64,000 nt of DNA. It comes from the human T2T-CHM13v2.0 reference genome, Homo sapiens. Position numbers and translations under genes: made by a program. The notes under the pieces were generated by a model. The model saw only the letters and a program-made list of their open reading frames with translations, ran no database searches and was not told the origin of the DNA. Of the stretch, positions 53,088 through 64,000 are shown piece after piece. The stretch lies in NCBI RefSeq assembly GCF_009914755.1, contig NC_060946.1; one strand, 5' to 3'. Position 1 is the stretch's first letter. Every line of letters begins with the position of its first letter.

Positions 53088-54630
53088 ATGGGCAACCTTC
53101 CACCCTCCATTCCTCCTTCTTCTCCCTTAGCCTGTGTGCTCAAAAAGTTAAAACCTCTTCAACTCACACCTGACCTAAAACCTAAATGCCTTATTTTCTT
53201 CTGCAACACCGCAACACCGCTTGGCCCCAATACAAACTTGACAATGTCTCTAAATGGCCGGAAAATGGCACTTTCGATTTCTCCATCCTACAAGACCTAA
53301 ATAATTTTTGTCGAAAAATGGGCAAATGGTCTGAGGTGCCTTACGTCCAGGCATTTTTCACACTTCGTTCCCTCCCTAGTCTCTGTTCCCAATGCGATTC
53401 CTCCCAGATCCTCCTCCTTTCCCTCCCGCCTGTCCCCTCGGTCCCAACCCCAAGCGTCGCTGAGTCTTCCCAGTCTTCCTTTTCTACAGACCCATCTGAC
53501 CTTTCCCCTCCTCCCCAAGCTGCTTGTCGCCAGACCGAGCTAAGTCCCAATACTTCCTCAGCCTCCACTCCTCCACCCTATAATCCTTCTATCACCTCCC
53601 CTCCTCACACCTGGTCCGGCTTACAGTTTAGTTCCGCGACTAGCGCTTCCCCACCTGCCCAACAATTTCCTCTTAGAGAAGTGGCTGGAGCTGAAGGCAT
53701 AGTCAAGGTACATGTACTTTTTTCTCTATCAGACCTCTCTCAGATCAGTCAATGTTTAGGCTCTTTCTCATCAGACCCCACTAAATATATACAGGAATTC
53801 CAATATCTAACTCTGTCCTACAACTTAACCTGGAGTGACTTAAATGTCATCCTGACTTCTACTCTCTCCCCAGATGAACGGGAAAGTTTTTTCTCTAGCC
53901 CAATCTCGTGCTGATAACCGCCGGCTTCATGAGCCAGACCTCCAGGAAGGCATTAGAGCAGTTCCCCGAGAGGATCCCCAATGGAACTATCAGGCAGATT
54001 CCCCAGGTACAGCTAGGCGAGATTACATGGTTTCCTGCCTAGTTGAAGGGCTTAAAAAAGCAGCTTACAAAGCTGTTAATTATGACAAGCTTAAAGAAAC
54101 TACCCGAGGTAAAGACGAAAACCCAGCCCAGGTCATGGCCCACTTAGCAGCAACCATTAGATGCTATACTGCCCTAGACCCAGAGGGGCCAGAAGGCCGC
54201 CTTATTCTTAATATGCATTTTTATCACCCAATCCACTCCTGACATTAGGAAAAAACTTCAAAAATTAGAATCTGGCCTTCAAACCCAGCAGGAATTAATC
54301 AACCTTGCCTTCAAGGTGTACAATAATAGAGAGGAAGCAGCCAGACGGCAACGCATTTCTGAGTTACAATTACTTGCCTCTGCTGTGAGACAAAACCCAG
54401 CCACACCTCCTGCATACAGGAACTTCAAAATGCCTAAGCCGCAGCAATCAGACACTCCTACAAGACTTCATCAGGATCTTGCTTCAAGTGCCAGAAATCT
54501 GGCCACTGGGCCAAGGAATGCCCACAGCCCAGGATTCCTCCCAAGCCATGTCCCATCTGTGCAGGCACCCACTGGAAATCAGACTGCCCAGCTCGCCCGA
54601 CAGCCACTCCTGGAGCCCCTAAAGCTCTAG
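53088..54630 (+). pseudogene. HERV-H gag, frameshifted
   Basis: MGNLPPSIPPSSPLAC; WPQYKLDN..WPENGTFD; VHVLFSLSDL; KDENPAQ; CCHC knuckles [14 protein letters not shown] and [13 protein letters not shown], spread over several frames. Confidence 0.88.
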
Positions 54631-54659
54631 CCCAAGGCTCTCTGACTCCTTCCCAGATC

Positions 54660-55060
54660 TATTCGGCTTAGCGACTGAAGATTGACGCTGCCCGATCGCC
54701 TCGGAAGTCCCCTGGACCATCACAGAAGCCGAGCTTCGGGTAACTCTCACAGTGGAGGGTAAGTCCATCCCCTGTTTAATCGATACGGGGGCTACCCACT
54801 CCACGTTGCCTTCTTTTCAAGGGCCTGTTTCCCTTGCCCCCATAACTGTTGTGGGTATTGACGGCCAAGCTTCAAAACCCCTGAAAACTCCCCCACTCTG
54901 GTGCCAACTTGGACAACACTCTTTTATGCACTCTTTTTTAGTTATCCCCACCTGCCCACTTCCCTTATTAGGCCGAAATATTTTAACCAAATTATCTGCT
55001 TCCCTGACTATTCCTGGAGTACAGCTACATCTCATTGCTGCCCTTCTTCCCAATCCAAAG
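54660..55060 (+). pseudogene. HERV-H aspartic protease (pro), truncated downstream
   Basis: LIDTGATHS active-site motif and LLGRNIL. Confidence 0.88.
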
Positions 55061-55288
55061 CCTCCTTTGTGTCCTCTAACATCCCCACAATATCACCCCT
55101 TACCACAAGACCTCCCTTCAGCTTAATCTCTCCCACTCTAGGTTCCCACGCCGCCCCTAATCCCACTTGAAGCAGCCCTGAGAAACATCGCCCATTCTCT
55201 CTCCATACCACCCCCCAAAAATTTTCGCCGCTCCAACACTTCAACACTATTTTGTTTTATTTGTCTTATTAATATCAGAAGGCAGGAA

Positions 55289-55729
55289 TGTCAGGCCTCT
55301 GAGCCCAGGCCAGGCCATCGCATCCCCTGTGACTTGCACGTGTACATCCAGATGGCCTGAAGTAACTGAAGATCCACAAAAGAAGTAAAAACAGCCTTAA
55401 CTGATGACATTCCACCATTGTGATTTGTTCCTGCCCCACCCTAACTGATCAATGTACTTTGTAATCTCCCCCACCCTTAAGAAGGTTCTTTGTAATTCTC
55501 CCCACCCTTGAGAATGTACTTTGTGAGATCCACCCCTGCCCACCAGAGAACAACCCCCTTTGATTGTAATTTTTTATTACCTTCCCAAATCCTATAAAAC
55601 AGCCCCACCCCTATCTTCCTTCACTGACTCTCTTTTCGGACTCAGCCCACCGGCACCCAGGTGAAATAAACAGCTTTATTGCTCACACAAAGCCTGTTTG
55701 GTGGTCTCTTCACACGGACGCGTATGAAA
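55289..55729 (+). terminator. HERV-H 3' LTR with poly(A) signal AATAAA at 55665-55670
   Basis: Direct repeat of the 5' LTR (about 13 substitutions and 2 small indels by eye). Confidence 0.93.
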
Positions 55730-55734
55730 AAAGT

Positions 55735-55992
55735 CTCGCCCTGTTGCCCAGGCTGGAATGCAGTGGCACGATCTTGGCTCACTGCTACCTCCACTTCCTG
55801 GGTTCAAGTGATTCCCAAGTAGCTGGGATTACAGGTGTGTATTACCATGCCCAGCTAATTTTTGTATTTTTAGCAGATAAGGGGTTTCACCATGTTGGCC
55901 AGGCTGGTCTCCAACTCCTGGCCTCAAGTGATCCACCCACTTCGGCTACCCAAAGCATTGGGAGTACAGGGGTGAGCCACTATGCCCAGCCT
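55735..55992 (-). mobile_element. Body of the antisense Alu interrupted by the HERV-H insertion (tail remnant at ~51851-51880)
   Basis: Removing the provirus restores TTTTTT...GAGTCAAAGTCTCGCCCTGTTGCCCAGGCTGG. Confidence 0.85.
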
Positions 55993-57970
55993 CACATCAT
56001 ATTTCTAATCCCGAGACTGTAGAGCTGGTGTCTCTTTTTGGAAAGGATGTCAGTAGAGAAATGGAGTTCCCCAAAATTACAGTTTCACATATTAGTAAAG
56101 TTTCTAAAATACAGTAATAATGTTGAGAGCTGACATAGGGACTAACTTAGTTTTTTTTTTTTTTTTCAAATTGTCACCTAACTTTGATTTTGCTAAATAA
56201 GGACATTAAAAGAAAACCAAAAAAGTCCACTATTGGCTATTGCCACTATTTGATTTTTTAAAAAATAAGCGTATTTTAGCATCTAAAAGTAGGAAGGACC
56301 TCAAATAAATGAGTCTTTGTTCTTGGCCAGGGAAAACAGCGTTGTCAGCATTTGATAACTGTTTTTCTAGGGTATGTGCTGTTATTCAGTTAAAACGTTG
56401 CCTGGGACGCTAGCATTCGGTAAATACTTGTTGAATAAGCAAATGAAACTTAAGCTTCTATGTATAGAAACCTAAGTCACTTCACATTCTGATTAGCAGA
56501 GTAATTGAATATTCTTTTCAGTGTGTAGATCTATACCCAGAACCACAGAATATTGGAACTGTAAAAACCAACTGCATTAAATAGATGTGGTATGTGGCAG
56601 TGACAACTTGAAGGTTGTGACTAGAACTCCGGTCTCTGGAGTGTTCTATTATATCACACCAAGCTGGTCACCAGCCCATGTGTTGATCCTCCATTGTGAT
56701 AGCAACAAAGAAAAGACTTCAGGACATTCTTTCCTTTACCCTAATCCTTGATCTTCAGTCTTATTTAGAAAAGCTTAATGTTAAAGATCTAGTTTATTCA
56801 AAACTAAAGATAAGGAGTATGAGAATTTCTATTTCGGAGTGTAAAGGAGGAGATGTTTCCTTGGCTTCTCTGAGCCTACAGGCCTTCCTTGCTCCTTAAG
56901 GAAGTAGAGAGAGAGAGGAAAGTAAAGTATGCTTTTGTTTTTTAAGGTTACTTTGCTGGGAGTAGTTTGCATGCCATTTGGTTTTCTTGGGTGGAATTAA
57001 CTGACTTAAGTTTTAAGTAGTTGGGACTGTTTAGAAACAATGCCTATCCAATGTTTGCCATAAAGGCAGAGGGTATTGGCTTTAGAAGTTAATTCTTCTC
57101 CAGGACTGAAAATGAGCTGCTAAACCAGAAGCAGCAGAGCTAAAGAAAGTAATTTTCCACCTGGCCAGTGCATGATGTGAAAGGTAGACTAAAAGAATGA
57201 GAGGACCCATTTTCTGATGAAAGACTAAGCCATGTTGAAACAGCCCTGTTGAGGATTTTATTTTAAATCTATACATTCACAAAGGAGCTTTGTGTATGTC
57301 TTTCCCTATTTGTTGTTTGGACTAGGAAGCCCCACCCAGTGCTTGTTGAAGGCAGAAAGTTGTTGAAAGCAATCCGGGATTTGAACAGTGGATTGAGGTT
57401 TCGAATATCCAGTGAACCAAAATATATCAGGGTTCCCCTGGCCAAGATGAGTGACCATTCTGAGGTGTTACGTATTTCTTGAATGGGGATTTTAGGAAAA
57501 GTTTCTGTATTTCTGTGCTCATTTTGTTGACCTCTGTATGTGCAAAATCTCTAAGGGGGTGTTTGGGCACTTAGATTTCTTGGATGCAGATTTGTTTGTA
57601 TATGAAACAAATTTTAAATTGTTTCGTATACACTGGATTTAAAATAGTTTAGTTTACTAAAGTGTTTTAATGTTTTCATCTTAATTTTCAGTTCTTATAG
57701 TCTTTAGATTTAGGGAGGCTGTTGATGGCATCCACATATGCATTTTAATGTCATTTAAAATGTATTCTGCTGAATTTAACAATTTCTGACCTAAAACTTG
57801 ACATTTTAGATTTAAGTCGGTAAAGCACTGATTTAAACTGGATTTTAACTGGATGAAATTCTGATTTAATGAGTGTACTGACTGGATAAAATGCCAATGA
57901 TTTAATTAACAAGCACGTTTAACAGGATGCCCTATATATTAGTTAAAAGTGAAGCAATTGAATTAGGTAC

Positions 57971-58453
57971 CATTTCAAAATGGTTGCTGTACCCACTCAC
58001 CCTCTCTATCCTCCAATTAGGGTATATTTTGAAATGATTGCTTTTCCCTTTTCCTTGTGTAAAGAGCCTGAGGAAATTTTCTTCGGCCTTCATCATGAGA
58101 ACCTGGTGGGGTTTCTGGAAGTAAAATTCATGAAAGTATAAGGGGCCCCCAAGACGGGACTCCAACAAGTTTTTAACTCTCAAGCTAGTCCACACTCAGC
58201 CACCAGTAAATTTATTGATTACCATTGAAGTGTTCCTACCAATTACTGGCTCTGTGGCTTCTGCTCTCAGGTAAACTGATTTTCTATAGTCACCCATCTC
58301 TCTAGTTTTTGAGGAAGTGGTTTCCCTGTGACCTCTATTCTCGGAGAGATCTAAGAAAAGTTGTTGATTTTCAGTTTGATTATCTTTTTTTCCGTTGTGA
58401 AGATGGGAGTGATGACTTCCAAGTTCTCTACATGTTGGAGTGGGAACTGGAAG
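57971..58453 (-). mobile_element. Old L1 (L1M/L1MC-type) 5'-region fragment
   Basis: GATGACTTCCAAG...ACATG...GGAAG and AAGTTGTTGATTTTCAGTTTG resemble L1MC 5' ends. Confidence 0.55.
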
Positions 58454-58456
58454 ACC

Positions 58457-58950
58457 TAATTAACTTCTTAAGAAACTGTCAAACTGTTTTCCAAAGTGGA
58501 TCTAGCACTTTACATTCCTGGTATTGTATGAGAGTTTCAGTTTCTCTCTATCTTTGTCAACACACCATCTTTCTAATTTTAGATATTCTAATAGGTATCT
58601 GGTGGTTTCTTACTGTAGTTTTAATCTGCATTTCTCTAATAGCTAGTGATGATGACCATTTTTTCATTTGCTTATTTGCCAGTTGCAAATCTCTATTAGT
58701 GAAGTATCTGTTCACATATTTTGCCCATTTTTTAAAAGTTGGGTTGTTTTCTTACAATTGAAGTTTATTTTTTCTTATACTCAAAATTTTAATTCACGCA
58801 TAATAAATTGTACATATTTATGAGGTACAATGTGATGTTTCGGTACATTTTACATTGCATAATGATCAAATCGTGGTAATTAGCATATCTATTGCCTTAA
58901 ACATTTACCATGTCTTTGATGTAAGAATATTCAAAATCCTCTCTTCTAGC
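58457..58950 (-). mobile_element. Old L1M ORF2-end and L1MA 3'UTR fragments
   Basis: AACTGTTTTCCAAAGTGG, TTTTAATCTGCATTTCTCTAAT and GTACAATGTGATGTTT motifs. Confidence 0.7.
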
Positions 58951-59360
58951 GACAATATGAGTGTATTTTAAATGTACAACTATTTGTTTTCTCACAATCC
59001 TATAAAATGATAGCTTGAGTCAATGAGTTTTCCCCTCAAGTCCTATCAACTTTGTCTATTTTAGTGAAATTTAATATTGTCTAGAAAACACTAAACAAAC
59101 ATAGTTATTCAGAGAGGATAACTGAGCCCTCTGGTTATTCTCTCTAACCCACAAAGGAAGCTGAACACTTGATGTAAACTTTTTCATCAGAGTAAATAAT
59201 AAGAATCTGCTCCATTACATACAAAAGAAAAAATAACTGGAGAGAGAGTCTCTGCTCTGAGGTTATTATCCTGTGGTCTTTGGTTTTGGCACATTCTCCC
59301 CCACCCCATGCCTTTCTCCCTCATCTTTAATGAGTATCCGTATGTATGGCAGAACAGTAT

Positions 59361-60050
59361 TTTTTTTTTATTATACTTTAAGTTTTAGGGTACATGTGCA
59401 CAATGTGCAGGTTAGTTACATATGTATATGTGTGACATGCTGGTGCGCTGCACCCACTAACTCGTCATCTAGCATTAGGTATATCTCCCAGTGCTATCCC
59501 TCCCCCCTACCCCCACCCCACAGCAGTCCCCAGAGTGTGATGTTCCCCTTCCTTGGTCCATGTGTTCTCATTGTTCAATTCCCACCTATGAGTGAGAATA
59601 TGCGGTGTTCGGTTTTTTGTTCTTGCGATAGTTTACTGAGAATGATGATTTCCAATTTCATCCATGTCCCTACAAAGGACATGAACTCATTTTTTATGGC
59701 TGCATAGGATTCCATGGTGTATATGTGCCACATTTTCTTAATCCAGTCTATCACTGTTGGACATTTGGGTTGGTTCCAAGTCTTTGCTATTGTGAATAGT
59801 GCCACAGTAAACATACGTGTGCATGTGTCTGTATAGCAGCATGATTTATAGTCCTTTGGGTATATACCCAGTAATGGGATGGCTGGGTCAAATGGTATTT
59901 CTAGTTCTAGATCCCTGAGGAATCGCCACACTGACTTCCCCAATGGTTGAACTAGTTTACAGTCCCACCAACAGTGTAAAAGTGTTCCTATTTCTCCACA
60001 TCCTCTCCAGCACCTGTTGTTTCCTAACTTTTTAATGATTGCCATTCTCA
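59361..60050 (-). mobile_element. Young 5'-truncated L1PA (L1PA2/3-like) 3' end
   Basis: Poly(T)-ATTATACTTTAAGTTTTAGGGTACATGTGCAC; ORF2 C-terminus [18 protein letters not shown]...HRIFSLIGGN; TSD AGAACAGTAT at 59351 and 60052. Confidence 0.93.
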
Positions 60051-60631
60051 AAGAACAGTATGTTTTTAAGTCTCTGCAGTCTTGGGCCAAGCTCGTTCTA
60101 TTCCCCACTCTACAAGAATCACAAGAGCGCCAGGATTCTGTTTGGGGTTGCCGTGGACACAGAGTTCTTATTACAGAACTGACATTCTCAATACGAGGTA
60201 AAGACCTAGAGGTGAGGTCTCTGAGCAAGGGAGTCCCATCCCATCCTCTGCCCTCTGTTGGCTGTTGTCCTCTCATCTTCATCAGGAGAATTAAAATCAT
60301 GTAAAGTTTTGGCGGGGGAACTAGATGGTGGTCTCTGGGGCCCATAGACAGGAAAGTTTGCTTATACCCAGCTGGGGGGACCACTAATTGACATTCCTTT
60401 CCCCTCCCAGGGACCTTACAGAGTCCCCTTACCCTCACGGTACTGGGGGACAACCAGTGGGTGTCAGGCCAAATAGCAGTAACCTTGTTACTTGCCAGGA
60501 ATTGGGTCAAGATTTGATTTAACAAGCTTGGTTTTGGGAACTAAAAAATGAAAAAAGGAAAAGCCATAATCTTGAAAGGCAACAAGAGAGAAAACTGCCA
60601 ACAGGATCTTGATTAAATTTCTCCCTCTTAG

Positions 60632-60740
60632 AGAATGTTGTACTGACGACACAAGATCTCAGACTTGTGTGATTCTAGCAGCTGAACACACCCCAGGCTC
60701 TTCTGACTGGCAGTGGCTCTGGAAGCAGTCTGGTCTATAG
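60632..60740 (+). pseudogene. TPTEP1: TPTE-type 5'UTR exon
   Basis: TTTCTCCCTCTTAG acceptor and TAG|GTAAGC donor; matches the recalled TPTE 5'UTR (CAGCTGAACACACCCCAGGCTCTTCTGAC...). Confidence 0.7.
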
Positions 60741-63176
60741 GTAAGCAGGTCCAGGGCTTACAGAGAGAAACTCCCAGAAATCCAGCTCTGCCTTGGGTTG
60801 CCCTGATTCACGTCCAAAGATGTGCTTGGGCCACATCTCTGGAGCACAAGGTGGTAGACTGAGAGCTTTGATATTTCTACTCCTACTGCAGATGAGCTGG
60901 TATAACTCCGAAGGTATGGAATTTGCTGTTGTCTGTGACCCAGCAAATAAAAATAGAAAAATAATTCGATAGAAAAATAATAGAAATAGAAAAAATTTAA
61001 AAAACAAACCAAGCCTCATTCTATGACATTTTAGGCAGTGTGATAATATGCATATACTGGTCACTTTAATCTTTCCTACAGGGGCAGCTGGTTGCCCTAA
61101 TGGTGGATTCTCTGTTCAAGGATGGTGAGCTAGTGTTCAGCTCAGGAAGCCACTCCACAGAGATGGCCACCAAAAGGGCTTCAGTGGTCCCATCTCAATT
61201 AACACCTGAAACATTGTTAATTACTACAGTGAAGGTCACAAATGGGTTTTTATTAGTGAAACTGTTGGCTTACAAAGCAGCATGATGGATGTTACAATTA
61301 TATGACATTTTAAGATCTGTGAATCAACTAACGTGTTTTGGAGACAGCCCACCCTTGCATAAGCAGGATAAAGGTGTATGAGGGTGGCCTGTAGTGTATA
61401 TTTAGAGACGACACCCAAGGCTTGATCCTCATATGGTCCTATCTCCAGGAAGGTTTAGGAAGATTTTGGCCTCTGAAACATTAGGAATCTGTTGAGAATG
61501 AAGCTTTCATGCTTGGAGCACCTAAAGTGCAGAAAGCTTACAGAAGCTTATGTACTGTGCCTGCTTGCTACTGAATGTTTTGTTAAATGAATATCTGTAT
61601 GTATGGCAGATTTGGTCAGAGACCTACTTTTCATTACAACCTGGTAGCATGATTATAAAGGTGTAGCTAACTTTCAGCTAACTCAAACTTCTGTGGTTGC
61701 TCCTATCTACCAAAAAGCATTTAAGAATTCTGCATGACCACTTCAGTTTAGGACAGTTTGCAATTCTCACCTTCCTTAGAGGGCAATTTAGCTAGTTACT
61801 TATTCATGTCCCATGAGGGAAGTCATTCTGTGCCCCAAAGCAGCTTATCAAAGTATTATTTCAGACTTCATGCAGTACTCTCCCTGAAAGGAGTTCAGGT
61901 AACATCTATGGATGTCTCGTGCCCTTTTTGGAGATTAGTTTCCCAAGGAACTTGCTTAGCAATCCTGGCTTGTCACCTGAATCTGGAGTAATTTGAGTGT
62001 CTTCCAGTTCTCTTCCTCAGTAGAGGATGTCTGAAAAATCTAGTAATCATTTAATAAGGCTGCTTATGTCAGAAACTCAAATTCTTAACCTTTTTGGTGT
62101 TTTGAACATTTTCCCGTTATGATTTATTAGTGTATTCTGCATAGACAATCCAATTATTCATCCTGCTGAAAAGTAGCGGATGCCTATAGATGCCTTTCTT
62201 TTTGTAAAAGGTATTGTTTTTCCTGAGACCTGGATGAATTTCCAGGAGCCATTCAAGGACATGAGAACAGCCACTTAGAACTTGAAAGGTTCCTCTCATG
62301 GCCCTCAGACCAGGCTAACGAGATTCGATAATTTGAACTCTGGCACTCCTTTCCTCACAGGCTGAAAGACTAGCACAATATTAATGTCTATCTGTGCTTA
62401 AAGGTTTGAGCTATTGATCAGAGTCCAAAATTAGTTTGTGTAGGGGAACTTTTCTTAAAGACATAAAAAGATACCATTTAATATATTGTTTCCAAAATAT
62501 GTTTCTCACATATTTCCACTGTGAGAAAGAGGTTCTGTGGTCAAATAAGAAACCTCAGCACACTCTTAGAGAATCCCAGTTGTTGTCAGCAGCAAAAAAA
62601 TGTATGTGATCAGTTTCTTAAACTTATTTAAATGTTTGAAAAGTTAGAAAATTGTGGCGAAGAGCATTCTTGAGTCTTGGGAGTGTATTACCTTGATGAG
62701 AATGTTTGTGTATTTGAAACTGAAAATGTGTATCAGTTTATATTGCCACATACTGATTTTTATGACATGATACATGGTGTAGAGAGCAGGTTGTCTAAAA
62801 ACCAATACTGGCAAAATGCTGAATATTCAGCATGGTTTTATGAAGTTGACAGATGTGGAGTGTATTTTGCATGTGTCTTAACTTACAGATGAGGAAATGA
62901 AGTTGCAGAGAGATTAAATTAGCCAAGCCAGGGGTTTCGGTGCTAGGAAGTCTTGATATTGTAAAATATAGCCATATAACTTTAAAAAAAAGAATCCAGA
63001 CAAAAGGAAAACAAAATCATTGTAAACACATAATCCACTTTAAGTTCACAAAATGTTTTAAACATAATTAAGGCTATGCTTGACTTACCTACTTGTTTAT
63101 TTCCTATCAAGGATGACCGGGAACTAGCCATTGATAAACATTCATTATTCTTACATTTTCTTTCTTTTTTCTGCGT

Positions 63177-63191
63177 CCTCTCTCTCTCTCA

Positions 63192-63247
<56 letters not shown>
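63177..63247. repeat. (TC)n-(CA)n compound microsatellite
   Basis: Direct reading. Confidence 0.95.
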
Positions 63248-63249
<2 letters not shown>

Positions 63250-63412
63250 CTCAGAAGTACTAGTGCTGTATCCTGAAATTGTTTCTTTAGTTCTTGTCAA
63301 AATTCCTCCGATTTTATTTTTTGTGTCCTGAAATACTGTTGAGATTAACATCCTCATTGCCTTCCAAAATATCTGACTTTATTTTTTGTATGTGCCTTTT
63401 ACTCTTTGGTAG

Positions 63413-63469
63413 AGTTATGGATTCACTACCAGATTCTACTGTATGCTCTGACAACTATGACCACAATGG
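63413..63469 (+). pseudogene. TPTEP1: TPTE-type 5'UTR exon
   Basis: CTCTTTGGTAG acceptor and TGG|GTGAGT donor; AGTTATGGATTCACTACCAGATTCTACTGTATGCTC matches the recalled TPTE mRNA. Confidence 0.75.
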
Positions 63470-64000
63470 GTGAGTTGACTGATCTAAGTGGTGAAAAATA
63501 CTGGGAGCATCAATGGCAATAACAGCTTTCTATCAGAGACTTTAAGCATCTTTGGTAACATTGTTTTTGAACCAGAGTGGAAAAAATAAGATCAGGTCAG
63601 AAGAGGGATGCTGGGTGCTCAAAGATAGTTTGTGACCCCAAGTAATTAGCAGCCAAAACCTTAGGAAACGATCAGAATGCCTGTGTATGAGACTCTGTCA
63701 AGAGTGATCCAAGAGAGTAGAGAATCCTACTTGGAGAAAGAAGGTGGTAGCATTGGACAGGCAGCGGAGGAGCCCTCAGCAGAAAGAAAGGAGCTAAGAG
63801 ACCCTGTATCTGTCCCTCACGCTTCAGAGCTGGTGCCCCAAACTCAAAGCCATCATCACATTGTATGGAGCCCCTGCCTCAGGTTTAGTCACTTGATCCT
63901 ATTTGAGGGGAAGCAAAGATATCTGTGACTCATGAAGAGCATAAAGGTGGTGGAGGGACTTGATAATTAGGAAATCAAAATGGGCAAGAATAATGTGTGC

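Larger units (their letters stand above)
51886..55729 (+). mobile_element. HERV-H provirus with two LTRs, internally deleted (3.8 kb; disrupted gag and pro kept, RT/IN/env lost)
   Basis: Direct LTRs, tRNA-His PBS, PPT AGAAGGCAGGAA at 55277-55288, 5-bp TSD AAAGT at 51881-51885 and 55730-55734. Confidence 0.96.

Overview
Human DNA, recognisable from its gene content as the pericentromeric 22q11.1 (cat-eye region) mosaic of segmental duplications around CCT8L2 and TPTEP1. From left to right: (1) about 9 kb of strand-asymmetric (CAGC/CAAGC)n satellite with a tandem array of one truncated Alu inside it; (2) a 3q26-derived block with unprocessed, disabled PIK3CA helical-domain exons, a probable PIK3CA 3'UTR remnant and the last two KCNMB3 exons on the minus strand; (3) an Alu-dense 7q36-derived block with the intact intronless CCT8L2 retrogene, a FABP5 processed pseudogene and a copy of the KMT2C CpG-island promoter, exon 1 and intron 1; (4) a second, unidentified CpG island with a first-exon-like segment on the minus strand; (5) an internally deleted two-LTR HERV-H provirus inserted into an Alu; (6) L1 fragments and two TPTE-type 5'UTR exons. 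The best candidate for something new is a chimeric transcription unit. The captured KMT2C promoter and exon 1 (intact ATG and AT-hook, then a frameshift) could splice to the HERV-H terminal exon or to the TPTE exons, giving 59-aa or 63-aa AT-hook micropeptides. Gene and repeat identities come from recalled reference sequences, not from a database search. Most ORFs in the supplied track are repeat artefacts.
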